A stretch of 64,000 nucleotides of DNA from the human T2T-CHM13v2.0 reference genome, Homo sapiens. Shown in pieces: positions 33,158 to 55,469 of this stretch. A program made the position numbers and the translations under genes. How positions within the stretch are numbered: the first letter of the stretch is position 1; each line of letters starts with the position of its first letter. The stretch lies in assembly GCF_009914755.1 (NCBI RefSeq), contig NC_060930.1. The stretch is one strand, 5' to 3'. A model generated the notes under the pieces. That model saw only the letters and a list, made by a program, of their open reading frames with translations. It did no database searches and had not been told where the DNA came from.

Positions 33158-35256
33158 CGGCGGCACCCAGGCCTCCCTGCAGACTCCAATGGGGCCAGCA
33201 CTGGAGGGGCCCACCCACATGACTTTTCCATTGACCAGCCCTTGAGCACCCGGCCTGGAGCAGCAGAGTCCCACGATCGCCCTCAGACACATGACACCCA
33301 CGGCCTCTGGCTCCCTGTGCCCTCTCTCCCGCTTCCTCCAGCCAGCTCTCTTCCTGTCTTTGTTGTCTCCCTCTTTCTCAGTTCCTCTTTCTTTTCTAAT
33401 TCCTGTTGCTCTGTTTCTTCCTTTCTGTAGGTTTCTCTCTTCCCTTCTCCCTTGCCCTCCCTTTCTCTCTCCACCCCCCACGTCTGTCCTCCTTTCTTAT
33501 TCTGTGAGATGTTTTGTATTATTTCACCAGCAGCATAGAACAGGACCTCTGCTTTTGCACACCTTTTCCCCAGGAGCAGAAGAGAGTGGGGCCTGCCCTC
33601 TGCCCCATCATTGCACCTGCAGGCTTAGGTCCTCACTTCTGTCTCCTGTCTTCAGAGCAAAAGACTTGAGCCATCCAAAGAAACACTAAGCTCTCTGGGC
33701 CTGGGTTCCAGGGAAGGCTAAGCATGGCCTGGACTGACTGCAGCCCCCTATAGTCATGGGGTCCCTGCTGCAAAGGACAGTGGGCAGGAGGCCCCAGGCT
33801 GAGAGCCAGATGCCTCCCCAAGACTGTCATTGCCCCTCCGATGCTGAGGCCACCCACTGACCCAACTGATCCTGCTCCAGCAGCACACCTCAGCCCCACT
33901 GACACCCAGTGTCCTTCCATCTTCACACTGGTTTGCCAGGCCAATGTTGCTGATGGCCCCCTGCACTGGCCGCTGGACGGCACTCTCCCAGCTTGGAAGT
34001 AGGCAGGGTTCCCTCCAGGTGGGCCCCCACCTCACTGAAGAGGAGCAAGTCTCAAGAGAAGGAGGGGGGATTGGTGGTTGGAGGAAGCAGCACACCCAAT
34101 TCTGCCCCTAGGACTCGGGGTCTGAGTCCTGGGGTCAGGCCAGGGAGAGCTCGGGGCAGGCCTTCCGCCAGCACTCCCACTGCCCCCCTGCCCAGTAGCA
34201 GCCGCCCACATTGTGTCAGCATCCAGGGCCAGGGCCTGGCCTCACATCCCCCTGCTCCTTTCTCTAGCTGGCTCCACGGGAGTTCAGGCCCCACTCCCCC
34301 TGAAGCTGCCCCTCCAGCACACACACATAAGCACTGAAATCACTTTACCTGCAGGCTCCATGCACCTCCCTTCCCTCCCTGAGGCAGGTGAGAACCCAGA
34401 GAGAGGGGCCTGCAGGTGAGCAGGCAGGGCTGGGCCAGGTCTCCGGGGAGGCAGGGGTCCTGCAGGTCCTGGTGGGTCAGCCCAGCACCTGCTCCCAGTG
34501 GGAGCTTCCCGGGATAAACTGAGCCTGTTCATTCTGATGTCCATTTGTCCCAATAGCTCTACTGCCCTCCCCTTCCCCTTTACTCAGCCCAGCTGGCCAC
34601 CTAGAAGTCTCCCTGCACAGCCTCTAGTGTCCGGGGACCTTGTGGGACCAGTCCCACACCGCTGGTCCCTGCCCTCCCCTGCTCCCAGGTTGAGGTGCGC
34701 TCACCTCAGAGCAGGGCCAAAGCACAGCTGGGCATGCCATGTCTGAGCGGCGCAGAGCCCTCCAGGCCTGCAGGGGCAAGGGGCTGGCTGGAGTCTCAGA
34801 GCACAGAGGTAGGAGAACTGGGGTTCAAGCCCAGGCTTCCTGGGTCCTGCCTGGTCCTCCCTCCCAAGGAGCCATTCTGTGTGTGACTCTGGGTGGAAGT
34901 GCCCAGCCCCTGCCCCTACGGGCGCTGCAGCCTCCCTTCCATGCCCCAGGATCACTCTCTGCTGGCAGGATTCTTCCCGCTCCCCACCTACCCAGCTGAT
35001 GGGGGTTGGGGTGCTTCCTTTCAGGCCAAGGCTATGAAGGGACAGCTGCTGGGACCCACCTCCCCCTCCCCGGCCACATGCCGCGTCCCTGCCCCGACCC
35101 GGGTCTGGTGCTGAGGATACAGCTCTTCTCAGTGTCTGAACAATCTCCAAAATTGAAATGTATATTTTTGCTAGGAGCCCCAGCTTCCTGTGTTTTTAAT
35201 ATAAATAGTGTACACAGACTGACGAAACTTTAAATAAATGGGAATTAAATATTTAA
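33158..35256 (+). other. PPARD: PPARD 3'UTR (~2.1 kb)
   Basis: From stop codon to polyA signals; no Alu; pyrimidine-rich block ~33305-33500. Confidence 0.85.
35233..35249 (+). terminator. PPARD: PPARD polyA signals
   Basis: AATAAA 35233-35238 and ATTAAA 35244-35249, upstream TGTA motifs. Confidence 0.85.
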
Positions 35257-36626
35257 GAGCTGACTGGAAGCTGACTCAGTTACTTGCATGTTTTTCCTGG
35301 GGCTTACAGGGCTCCACGCCTCCTCCACATCCAGTACTGGAGGGCAAAGGAGGCTTTGGGCTCCAAAACCCTCCCCTGCCTCCACCTCGCTTTGCTCACC
35401 GCTTGTCAGTCAGGTGGACGACTATGCCATTTCCGCCCTGCAGAGAGAATTTGGGGTGTGAGGGGACAAAGGACTTGTGGTGCCCTGGCCTCACCTGGTG
35501 GAGCACTTGGGGTCTGGGGAAGGGGAAGGCCCCTGGAGGAGGCGGATGCAGGACTCAATAGATCAAAGCCAGTTTTTCATCACCACAAGAGATCACGGCT
35601 TTCCTCTCCTTTGCTGCCACCCAGCTCTCTCCTGTCTTTCCTGAGTGCCATCTCCCCAGCGGTCCAGTCGAGCCCAGCCCCCGGCAGCCATGGGTTTGTT
35701 TGCAGTGTGAGGCCAGGTCAGGGTGTGTAACAGAGTATGTGTTTAGTCAGGAAAAAACTACAGCTAAATATTTCCAAATGGGGAATGTACTGCAGGGAGT
35801 TGTTACAAAAGTATTGGAAGTACTGAAAGATCAATAGGGGGAAATAGGAGTCATCCAGAGATGACTAACTGCAGGAAGCCATTCTCACCTCCAGGGCTGA
35901 ATGGGAAAATGGTATTCAGGGCCCACCGTTGCTACAACACACACTGACACTGCGGCGACCCAGGAGCCTGAAGTCACCAGTTGATTTGACTGTAGAACCA
36001 GACTGCTGGTGCCTGAGTTCACGCAGATGGTACATATGGGGCCACCAGAGTGCCCGAGGCCACCACCACTGCTGCCCCTGGAACCTCACTGCTTGAGTGC
36101 TGTAGCCCCATAACTCATAGCCTGGTCTCAGCTGCTTCTGCCAGAAGTGCTGTCAGAGTTTGGGGTTGGGGAAGCAAAGGATTCTTCCTTCTGCCTATCT
36201 TCCAGTCTGTTGCTTTTACCTCCCATTGGGGGAAAAAAATGCATGGTAGTCTAGGAAATGGAGTTTGTAGACTTCCAGCCCTTGCAGCATAGAGGAGCAT
36301 GTGGAAGGGTGGGAACTGAACCAAGCGTCTGCAGGCAAACAACTAGCACAGCGTACAGGCACCAGCCCCAGTGTGAGGGATCCCAGAGGCCCACAGCTAA
36401 GGGATGGTCACTACAGCACTTGCCTCCTTGTTTTCTTTCTTTGCTGGTCATCTTGGCAGAGCAATCTGAATTGTCAGGTCCCATATGGTTCATCTCAGTC
36501 CAGAGAGTGACAGCCCCAGGGGAACAGGAGGAAAAGAGGAGAAGGAAGAAAAAAAGGGGTGCTTGGAACCAGGGCATCTCTGAAATTGGTAGCCTTTTTT
36601 ATAATGGAATCCTCTGGTTTACTTGG

Positions 36627-37196
36627 TGTTATAAGTAAAATGTTTATTCAGAAACAGAATGCTTGTTCCTTGGAACTATAAGGAAAAATTAGCATTTAGA
36701 CAAAAAGTTTTCTCAGCAAGGCAATTTTACTTTCTGCAGGAAGGGTGTTCCTCACAGATGGAACAATGGCGAGAGCACACACGAACAAAGGAGGGAAGCA
36801 ATTTTTATCCTTTATGCAGCTTGTCCCTGCTACTGTGTCCTGTCTCCATTGGCTGAAGCCAGACCACACAATCTAAGCTAAACCTGACTGGCTAATAACT
36901 TAAAACTTTCCTAAATAGGTGAAGGCAAGGGAGAACAAAGGAAAAGAGGAAGTTGCTTGCAAAAGGACTTAGAAAAGTAATAACCAAATATCTGGTTAAA
37001 GTACAAGGACATAGAATGTACTAATTCCCTTATATCTAACAGCTACACAGGATAGGGCTTAACAAAGAGTTATTAGCACAAAACAAGGTGGCTTGAAGGA
37101 AGTTAGTCTTTAAAAGAAACTATTATTTCTAACACTTATGATTTATTTTTTAACAAGAAGGGAAACTTTGAAGAGGAACCTTTTTTACTTTCTACA
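36627..37196 (-). mobile_element. Solo ERV1 LTR (LTR10C-like), 570 bp
   Basis: TG...CA termini; 5-bp TSD CTTGG (36622-36626, 37197-37201); minus strand begins TGTAGAAAGTAAAAAAGGTTCCTCTTCAAAGTTTCCC. Confidence 0.85.
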
Positions 37197-37816
37197 CTTG
37201 GTTTATTTTACTCACCTCCCTATTCTTTCCCACACTATCAAATGGGGAAAAAATAGTCAAAGACTGTGTGTGTCTCAGTTGTTAAAGGCCAGTCCTCTTC
37301 CCAGCACTGAAGAACCCAGTATACTAAATAACCAGTTCTCACTCAGTTCAGAGAGTCGAAGCTGTCTCAACCACTTTGCCTGGCTTCTGGTGCTGCAAAG
37401 AGCATCATATGACTCTGGCCCCCGTTGTTACTACCCTAATTGCTATTCCTTATTAAGCAGCTATTCATGCATTATACATACATCACCTCTAATCTTATAA
37501 GGTAAACATTATCACCTGTCATTTTACAGAGGAGGAAGCGCAATGAGAGATTAAGGGGTGTGCCTGTGGTCACAGCTAGGAAGAGGCATGGCCGGTATTC
37601 CATCCGCAGCCTTAGGATCTCTGCTTTTCAGCCAGGATCAAAACTTTGGGGAAAACAGTTGGTCACCTGGTCTCTTTTTAATAATGCTCAGGACAAATGA
37701 ATCAAGCATTTAAACTAAAAAAAGAAGAAAGCAAACTTAGGAGACTTAGAAGATTCTCTTGGCAATAATTCTATAAACCTAAAAGTATTCTGAAATTAGA
37801 AGTTTATTAGAGAGAT

Positions 37817-39254
<1,438 letters not shown>

Positions 39255-39389
39255 TCAATAAAAATTCTCATACACTGCAGAAGGGAGAAGTTGTGCTGTA
39301 CGATCAATTTGAAAAACAATTTGGCAAAATCTAGTCAAGTTGAAGGTGCACACACTCTGTTACCCTGCATTTTCCTATTAAAATGTGCC

Positions 39390-39813
39390 TGTGGATGCTA
39401 CCGGGCACCACCCAGATCCCACCCCTCAGGACCCAGCTGCTGGGGGTATCGGCTGCTGAATTCAAAGCTGAGTTCCTCTCAGTGAATTGCCCTTACCAAA
39501 GGAAGCTGCCTCACCCAAGGATATGCACACGCCCTGCTCAGGGCAGCCTGTGTCCAACATGGGAGTACAAAGGCCAAGCCTTCTTGCCCGTTTTGGGACA
39601 ACTGCAAAGACTGGCCCAGCTCCAGAGCTGAGGCTTCTCTTATAATTACATTGCAGCTTAACTTCAATGGTTAACTTAACTGGTTAGGGAGAATCCTCTG
39701 ACCAATCCTGCTTCCTTCAGTTCCTTACAGGTGTTGTTCTAAAGAGCATTCCCCAGAAAGTGTTGTGCAAGTAAACTTCCAAATCTATTTCCTAGAGAAG
39801 CCATCCTGAGACA
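39390..39813 (+). mobile_element. LTR16-like ERVL LTR relic
   Basis: CCCAGATCCC...CAGCTCCAGAGCT...CCAATCCTGCTTCCTTC...GAGACA resembles the LTR16 family. Confidence 0.5.
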
Positions 39814-39865
39814 GTACCCTAGAGAGAAACCCATCAAATTACACCAAGACTTATATAAACGTTTA

Positions 39866-41750
<1,885 letters not shown>

Positions 41751-43564
41751 AGATACTGTTGTTTTACTTACTAAATTGAATACTTAAAAGTTTGATAACA
41801 TTGTGTTGGCAAGGGTGTGAAGAAACGGGCAGTCCATACTGTTGGTAGGATTGTAAACTGGCGCAGCCTCCAATGAAGGTCATATTGGTAATACCTATAA
41901 AAATTAAAAAAAAAAAATTTGATCCAGCAAAAGTGAAATATATAACAAAAATTTCCAGGACTATTGGTTTCCCAACCTAGTGTTTCAACCTACTGATAGG
42001 CATAGGAAGTTGTAAAATTCAATTTTAAAATCTCTCCTTTAATTTTAAGTTAATTCCTCTTACTTTTTTTTTTTAACTTTCGCATCTTGTCTCCCACACA
42101 GGGCAGTACAGTCTGGCAGAGAGAGACTGGGCTTTGGAGGCGTAAGATGGGAATTCAGGGAGTCTTAGAAACAGAGCTGGAAGCGCTCTTAGAGGCCATG
42201 ATCCCCCTTCTCTAAGGTCCCCATCTCCTCAGACACATTATGTAGCAGAGACTGAGGCCAAGGCCTGGGAGGCACCTTGTCCAAGGTCATATCAGGTCTC
42301 CTGGCTCCCCGCCCGTTGCTCTTTCCCCGCTATAAACCCTCGCTGAGCTGTGTGTCAGGCCCAGTGCCAAGCAATCTTCACCTATGGCCTCATTTCATCT
42401 TCACAACAACTTTATCAGATAATCTTTGCCGCAAACAATTTAAGACAACAGATTGTTTATCTGGAAAAGGGAGTTATGAAGTGTAGTGCCAGCTCACAGA
42501 ACCTCCTGGCAGCCCAACTGCCAAGCCTGGAGCCTCCTCGGCCAGAAACAATGTTCCTGTGCCCCACTGGGCTGCTCAGCACCCCCATCCCAGGGAGAAG
42601 GGGAGAAAGTCCCCGACCAACGCTCCAGCAGGGCCCAAATCCCACGGCCATGCTGCTCTCAGGACCAGGTGCGGGGGACAGACTCACTGAGAGAGGGAAT
42701 CAATCAGTCCATCACCCAGCTCAGGCTCGCCATCGGGGCAGGGATAGCCTGGTTCTTGGGGCCGGTGGATTTCCAGGAGTGCCGGCGAGCCCTGCCATCA
42801 GTCAGTCCCCAGGAGGTTGCAGGGAAGAGGCACACAGCATGTCTTTGAGGAACTTGATTGAGAACTCTTGGGAAGATGCACTTAGGGTCAGTCCCTCCCA
42901 GACAGACATTTCCATAGGCCTCCTGGAGGGCACAGACGTAGGCTCTGGATCACTCAGGGTTAGCCCCAAGCCAGGTGAACCATCTACTCTCAATATACCC
43001 AAAAAGGAGGCTCTGATGGGCTGCCTTCCTCCCATCCGATGTGGAGTGTCCTCACCACATACAGTTTCGGGCAGCCCCCTCCTGGCTACCTTTCATAGTG
43101 GCCTTTGCTAGGACATCAACACTATTCTAATTTTTTGTGACCAGGTTAGCAAGCTGGTTTCATTGGCAAACACAGGCCAGGCAACAGGGACTTTTTGTGG
43201 AAAGATCTCAGGCCTGGAGTCAGGACCCTAGAGCCTCCTGGATCTGTCCAGTACAGGGCCAGTTTGGATCAGCCTCTCTGTGCCCCCACCCAGCTCACAC
43301 CATCTCCCAGCCTGCTCTCTGATCTCTCCACCTGACCTTAGCTCCACAGGTGGGGCTCATGTAGCTCTGGAGGTGTGGGGAGGCTCCCAAGCGGCTTCCT
43401 CAGTCACAAATACCTTCAGACGACACATTACTTCCCAAGCCCCAGGACTCCCAGACTCCCAGGTCCTCGTGGCCCCCTCCCAAGTCACCCTGCCTTCCCA
43501 GACTGTTAAAGTCCTTAAACCATCCCCCAATTTCCTCCAATAATTACCTAAACATCCTTGAGGG

Positions 43565-43792
43565 CTTTTATACCCCACCCACAGCCCTGGAGCCTGGATT
43601 GGACACCCTGAGCCCCCAGCTCCCCAGCCATCATGGCTGGGCCCTCCATGCCTCCCACCAGCAGGCCTGGGGCCATGGGATGGGGCGGGCCTGGCTGCAA
43701 ATCGCCTCCTCCCTTTGGCCCTGCCCCCAGAGGGTGGGATAAAGGAGCACTAGGGCGGCCCCACCAGATTCTTACTAAGGGCTGCAGCTGGG
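43565..43792 (+). promoter_or_regulatory. Candidate promoter of the makorin-like gene
   Basis: Inverted CCAAT 43598-43602, GC box GGGGCGGGC 43682-43690, GATAAA 43738-43743, ATG at 43793. Confidence 0.45.
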
Positions 43793-43863
43793 ATGGACCC
43801 TGCAGGGCCAGACGGCAGTGGCCATGGTGGGGAGCTCAGCCGCCACTCCCAGAGGTCATGCAG
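43793..43863 (+). CDS. Makorin-like exon 1 (predicted)
   Basis: GGGATGG strong Kozak; MDPAGPDGSGHGGELSRHSQRSC-R; phase-2 donor TGC AG|gtaggg supplies the first Cys of finger 1. Confidence 0.6.
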
Positions 43864-44580
43864 GTAGGGGGCTGGACCTCAGGGAAACACAGGGGAGGTG
43901 GGAAAAAATTCTTTGGAGTTTGGCCTGGCCTCTGGAAGCCCAGCCTCTAAGAATTTGGGATGCATCTGATAAGAAGCGGCTTCCTTTCCTCCTGCCCAAA
44001 GTTGGAAGGGTCTAGAGGTCATGTCTCACCCTCATATAGTCTACAGGAGGAGACTGAGACCAGAGAGGGGGAAAGACAGACTGAGGCTGCCCAGCTGATT
44101 CAGGCCTGGCTCAGGGTCTGACCATCTAGAGCAGGGATTCCCCACTTTCTTTTCTTTTTCTACCCAACAAAGGTTTCTCTTGCCCAGAAACACCACACAG
44201 CTCCATGCGGCTGGGATCTGGTCTTCTGGTCACCTTTGTAGCCCCAGCACTTAGCATGGTTCCAGGTACACATAAATGTTTGGACGAAACATGCCAGGTT
44301 GAACATTGCACCATTAGAGAGTTATGCCTTTGGGGATACCAGCTTTGTAAAAGGGCATGCTAGCTCATTGGGCCTTCCATCATTCTTACCTGAGCACAAA
44401 TTCATTTTGCAAACAGCTGTAAGAGATCAGTTCTCCAAAGAAAACTGACTTTGGGTAAAGGAGGGGTACTTGTGGAGCTTGGGGTCTCAGTGTGTCCTGG
44501 TTTTCCCAGGCTAGAAAGAAAGGCAGCCATGTAGTAGATGGGGAGGTTGGCGGGTAGGGGAGGATGTTTACTAAAGGATT

Positions 44581-49916
<5,336 letters not shown>

Positions 49917-50119
49917 TGTTACCCCACTCTTAAGAGTGAGGAAACCAAGCTTTAGAGAAGGTGAGTTACTCACCTAGTGTTCCCAGTGGGGTCAGGATTT
50001 GAACACCAGATGAATTCCAGAGCCTGTGTTGTTCTCACCGTATCAGACAGCCTCTGTCTGTAAGGATCACAAAGGCAGGAACTAAAACAGGGCTGGGCAT
50101 GACTTAGACAATCTCTTAG

Positions 50120-50248
50120 GAACTTTGTTTTCCGGGCCCATCGCTGGGGGTCAAGGCATCGCTTTGCTCATGATGGAAAGGTGTCCCAGGTCTGCAAGTA
50201 CTTCCAGCAAGGCTTCTGCTTCCCTGGACATCGTGGAGATCAATGCAG
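50120..50248 (+). CDS. Makorin-like exon 2 (C3H fingers 1-2, degenerate)
   Basis: ctcttag|G; NFVFRAHRWGSRHRFAHDGKVSQVCKYFQQGFCFPGHRGDQC; AG|gtaagt; cf. MKRN1 VVCKYFQRGYCIYGDRCR. Confidence 0.8.
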
Positions 50249-50433
50249 GTAAGTCCCTCTTCTTCCCCTCTGGGGAGTGGTGTTAGGGTGGGACACTAGA
50301 GAGATCGTCCCTTCACAAATCATGTATCTTCCCAGAGCTGCTTCTCCCAACTCAGCTCCAAGTTCTAGGCTGAGCTGGCTCTGAGCCCCGGAGGGCTGTC
50401 CCTGTCTCCTCACTCTCTTCTTCCCCACTACAG

Positions 50434-50678
50434 CTGTCAGCACCCAAAGACCCCCAGCCCCCTGGAGTGGGGTCGCCGCCATTCGGAGCCACATGTCACT
50501 CTGCCAGGGCCCCACCTAGGACTGGCCCGCAGGGGATCCGAGCCCACCTACCTGCCCTCTGTGGCTGTGGGCTGGGGCTGGGCCAGGGCCTGCTGGGGCA
50601 TGGAGCCTGCCCTGGAGGGGCTGGCTAGCAAGGCTGAGGAGGTTGGCGGCAGCTCCTGGAAGTCCCTGCCTTCATCAT
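50434..50678 (+). CDS. Makorin-like exon 3
   Basis: Strong acceptor ctcttcttccccactacag|C; 81 open codons CQHPKTP...RRHSEP...RRGSEP...KSLPSS; CAT|gtgagt. Confidence 0.7.
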
Positions 50679-50986
50679 GTGAGTCATCAGGGGCACCGCA
50701 GGTGGGCATAAGTGGGCACTGACACTAGAGCTCGTGCTCTGCCTCTGAGCAGGGTTTATGTTTTCATCCATTCCCCTTCCTCTTCAAGATTCCCAGCTGG
50801 AGGGAAATTTTCCTCTAGTTCTGTTGCTTTGTGTGTTCTAAAAGCAGAATACCATGGTACCAACAGAGTAAAACCCCCTAGTTCCAAATGCCCTATCCCT
50901 ATACCCAGTAGCTGTGTGATCTTGGACAAGTCACTTAACCTCTCTGGGCCTTGGTTCCCTCATCTACAAAACGGCATTGATAATAA

Positions 50987-52906
<1,920 letters not shown>

Positions 52907-53038
52907 TGAGAGGCTTCTAATTCTGACTGGTCTCTAATCCACTTGGGGGCAGGACGTGGGTTACCACAGAGTCTTGCATGCAGGAAATGCTCAGTGGTTG
53001 CCTCAGGGGTGAGTGAATGGATGCAGTTTTCCCAACAG

Positions 53039-53142
53039 CTGCTGACAGGGATCACGGCCACTCCCAGGAGTCTCTGCCAAAGTTCCACCTTGTCCGAGAG
53101 CTCATGGCGCCACTTCAGAGCCTGGACCTTGAGGTGCAGCAG
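53039..53142 (+). CDS. Makorin-like exon 4 (predicted linker)
   Basis: ttttcccaacag|CT matches the phase-1 upstream donor; [10 protein letters not shown]...SLDLEVQQ; weak donor CAG|gttgtg. Confidence 0.55.
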
Positions 53143-53286
53143 GTTGTGGGTGAGGGGTGGCAAAAGATGGCTTTCTGGCCCTCTGGGACACCCAGATCTG
53201 CTGGGGGAGGGCTTGGTGGCCACTGAGGCTGAATGTGGGCATGCGGGTGGAGTGTCTGACCCTACCTGTGGCTGCCTGGGAAGCAG

Positions 53287-53450
53287 GACAGTCGGGATGT
53301 GGTGTGTGGCATCTGCATGGACAAAGTGTGGGACAAGCCAGAGGCCCAGCGGGTCTTCGGCATCCTGCCCAACTGCACCCATGCCCACTGTCTGGGCTGC
53401 CTGCGCACCTGGCGGAAGAACCGGCAGGACTTCCCGCTGGATGTCATCAA
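53287..53450 (+). CDS. Makorin-like exon 5 (RING, N-terminal part)
   Basis: [55 protein letters not shown] vs MKRN1 SKDMVCGICMEVV...[21 protein letters not shown]; donor AA|gtcagt; acceptor uncertain (53284 or 53287). Confidence 0.85.
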
Positions 53451-53554
53451 GTCAGTGTCATGGGGGTCCCAACAGGGATGGAGGGAAACACCCCAGTGAG
53501 GAGGCTGGCCTGGGGGCCTGTGACTATTCTCCCACATTCTACTCCACTGCTCAG

Positions 53555-53665
53555 GGCGTGTCCACAGTGCCGTGTCCATTCCAGCTACATCATCCCCCAC
53601 AAGTTCTGGGTGAGCAAGGGGGCCCAGAAGGAGCAACTCATCAGGAACTTCAAGGCTCGGACCAG
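53555..53665 (+). CDS. Makorin-like exon 6 (RING, C-terminal part)
   Basis: ctgctcag|G; ACPQCRVHSSYIIPHKFWVSKGAQKEQLIRNFKART; AG|gtgagg; cf. MKRN1 SCPECRITSNFVIPSEYWV. Confidence 0.88.
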
Positions 53666-53841
53666 GTGAGGCTGCAGAGGGAACGAGACTCAGGGTTAGG
53701 GAAGTGGAGAAGGTAGCCCCTGATTCATTCTGGTTCAGCCATGGTTCCCAGCCAGTGAATCCCCAAAGCCCTGAAGTTTAGAGTGACCAAAATGGCAGGT
53801 GAAGGCATGAACTATTTTCATGATTTCAGAAAGCCCAGTTA

Positions 53842-54150
<309 letters not shown>

Positions 54151-54755
54151 TTAATAAACGGAGAGTGGCTGAGATAGCAGAAGGAACACCAGGGCCAATT
54201 TTCTCTTCTAACTTGGCTCAGAATCAACTTAGAGCAACTCTGGTTCTCTCTGCACCATGAGAAGCCTTGCTTTGGCTTTTATTTCCAATTTGTCATAAGG
54301 CAGGAAAGTAAACTGATATGAATACATGTTATTTGCTTAGCTGCTCTTTGAAAACATGGGGTGGCTGAGAAGGGGGCTGAAAGGCAGCCTTATTGGATAG
54401 GTCTGAATCTCTTGGGGAGGGTAAGCACTTATTCAAAATCTGGAATTAGCTGCAATTCCAAGTTCCTAACTCCACCTTCCCAAAGGGTTTACTACACTTG
54501 ATCTATGCAAAGTGTATTTGGGTAAAGGGAGGGATAAAGAAGGAGGCCTCGTCTTCACCCAGGAGATAGTCAGGCGTGTTCTGGAGACACCTGTGAACGC
54601 TAATAGCTGCATCAACAAAATTACTGAAGGAAACACTAACTCGAGTGACTCTTACAGAAGGGGAAGTATTTAAGCTGTGCATGGGAAGAACAGGGTTCCT
54701 CAGGAGGAGAAAAAAGAGGGTGTCCCAGGCAAAGAGAGATGGAAGTGAGGAAATA

Positions 54756-55469
54756 CAGTTGACCCTTGAACAACTTAGGGGTTAGGGGCACCGAACCCCA
54801 TGCAATCGAAAATCCATATAGAATGTTGTTGTTGCTGTTGTTGTTGTTGAGACAGAGCCTCGCTCTGTTGCCCAGGCTGGAGTGCAGTGGTGCAATCTCG
54901 GCTCACTGCAGCCTCAGCCTCCTGGCTCAAGCAATCCTCCCCAGTAGCTGGTACTATAGGCGCGCACCACCATGCCTGGCTAATTTTTGTATTTTTTGTA
55001 GAGACAGGGTTTTGCCATGTTTCCCAGGCTGGTCTTGAACTGCTGAGGTCAAACGATCCACCCGCCTCAGCCTCCCAAAGTGCTGGGATGACAGGCGTGA
55101 GCCACCACACCTGGCCATGTATAACTTTTGACTCCCCCAAAACTTAACTAATAACATGCCGCTGACCAGAACCCTTTCGGACAACATAAAGTCAATTAAT
55201 ACAGATTTTATATGTTATATGTATTATATAACATAATATGTATTCTTACAATAAAGTGAGCTAGAGAAAAGAAACGTTAAAATCATAAAGGAGAAAATAT
55301 ATTTACTATTCATTAGGTGAAAGCAGATTACCATAAACGACTTGATCCTCATTGTCTTCACATTGAGTAGAAGGACGAAGAGGAGGGAATTGGTTTTGCT
55401 GTCTCCAGGATCTTGTCTGCGTATAAGCTGCCCCAGGCAATTCAAGCCTGTGTTGTTCAACAGCAACTG
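54756..55469. mobile_element. Tigger2-type (MER28-like) DNA transposon with nested AluJ (-, ~54824-55116)
   Basis: TIRs CAGTTGACCCTTGAACAAC ... GTTGTTCAACAGCAACTG flanked by TA. Confidence 0.8.

Noticed and set aside
42350-43111. 253-aa + strand ORF upstream of the makorin-like locus
   Set aside because: Non-ATG start in repeat-like sequence, no recognisable domain; no MKRN2OS-like peptide seen in the frames I checked
43633-43950. 105-aa ORF MAGPSMPP... as makorin exon 1
   Set aside because: Out of frame with the TGC AG|gt donor needed to join exon 2; ATG 43793 fits
53299-53669. Apparent frameshift within the RING (processed pseudogene model)
   Set aside because: Explained by a 104-nt GT-AG intron at 53451-53554
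52943-53716. 257-aa ORF spanning the RING region
   Set aside because: Alternative frame of GC-rich exons; the makorin motifs lie in the other two frames joined by splicing
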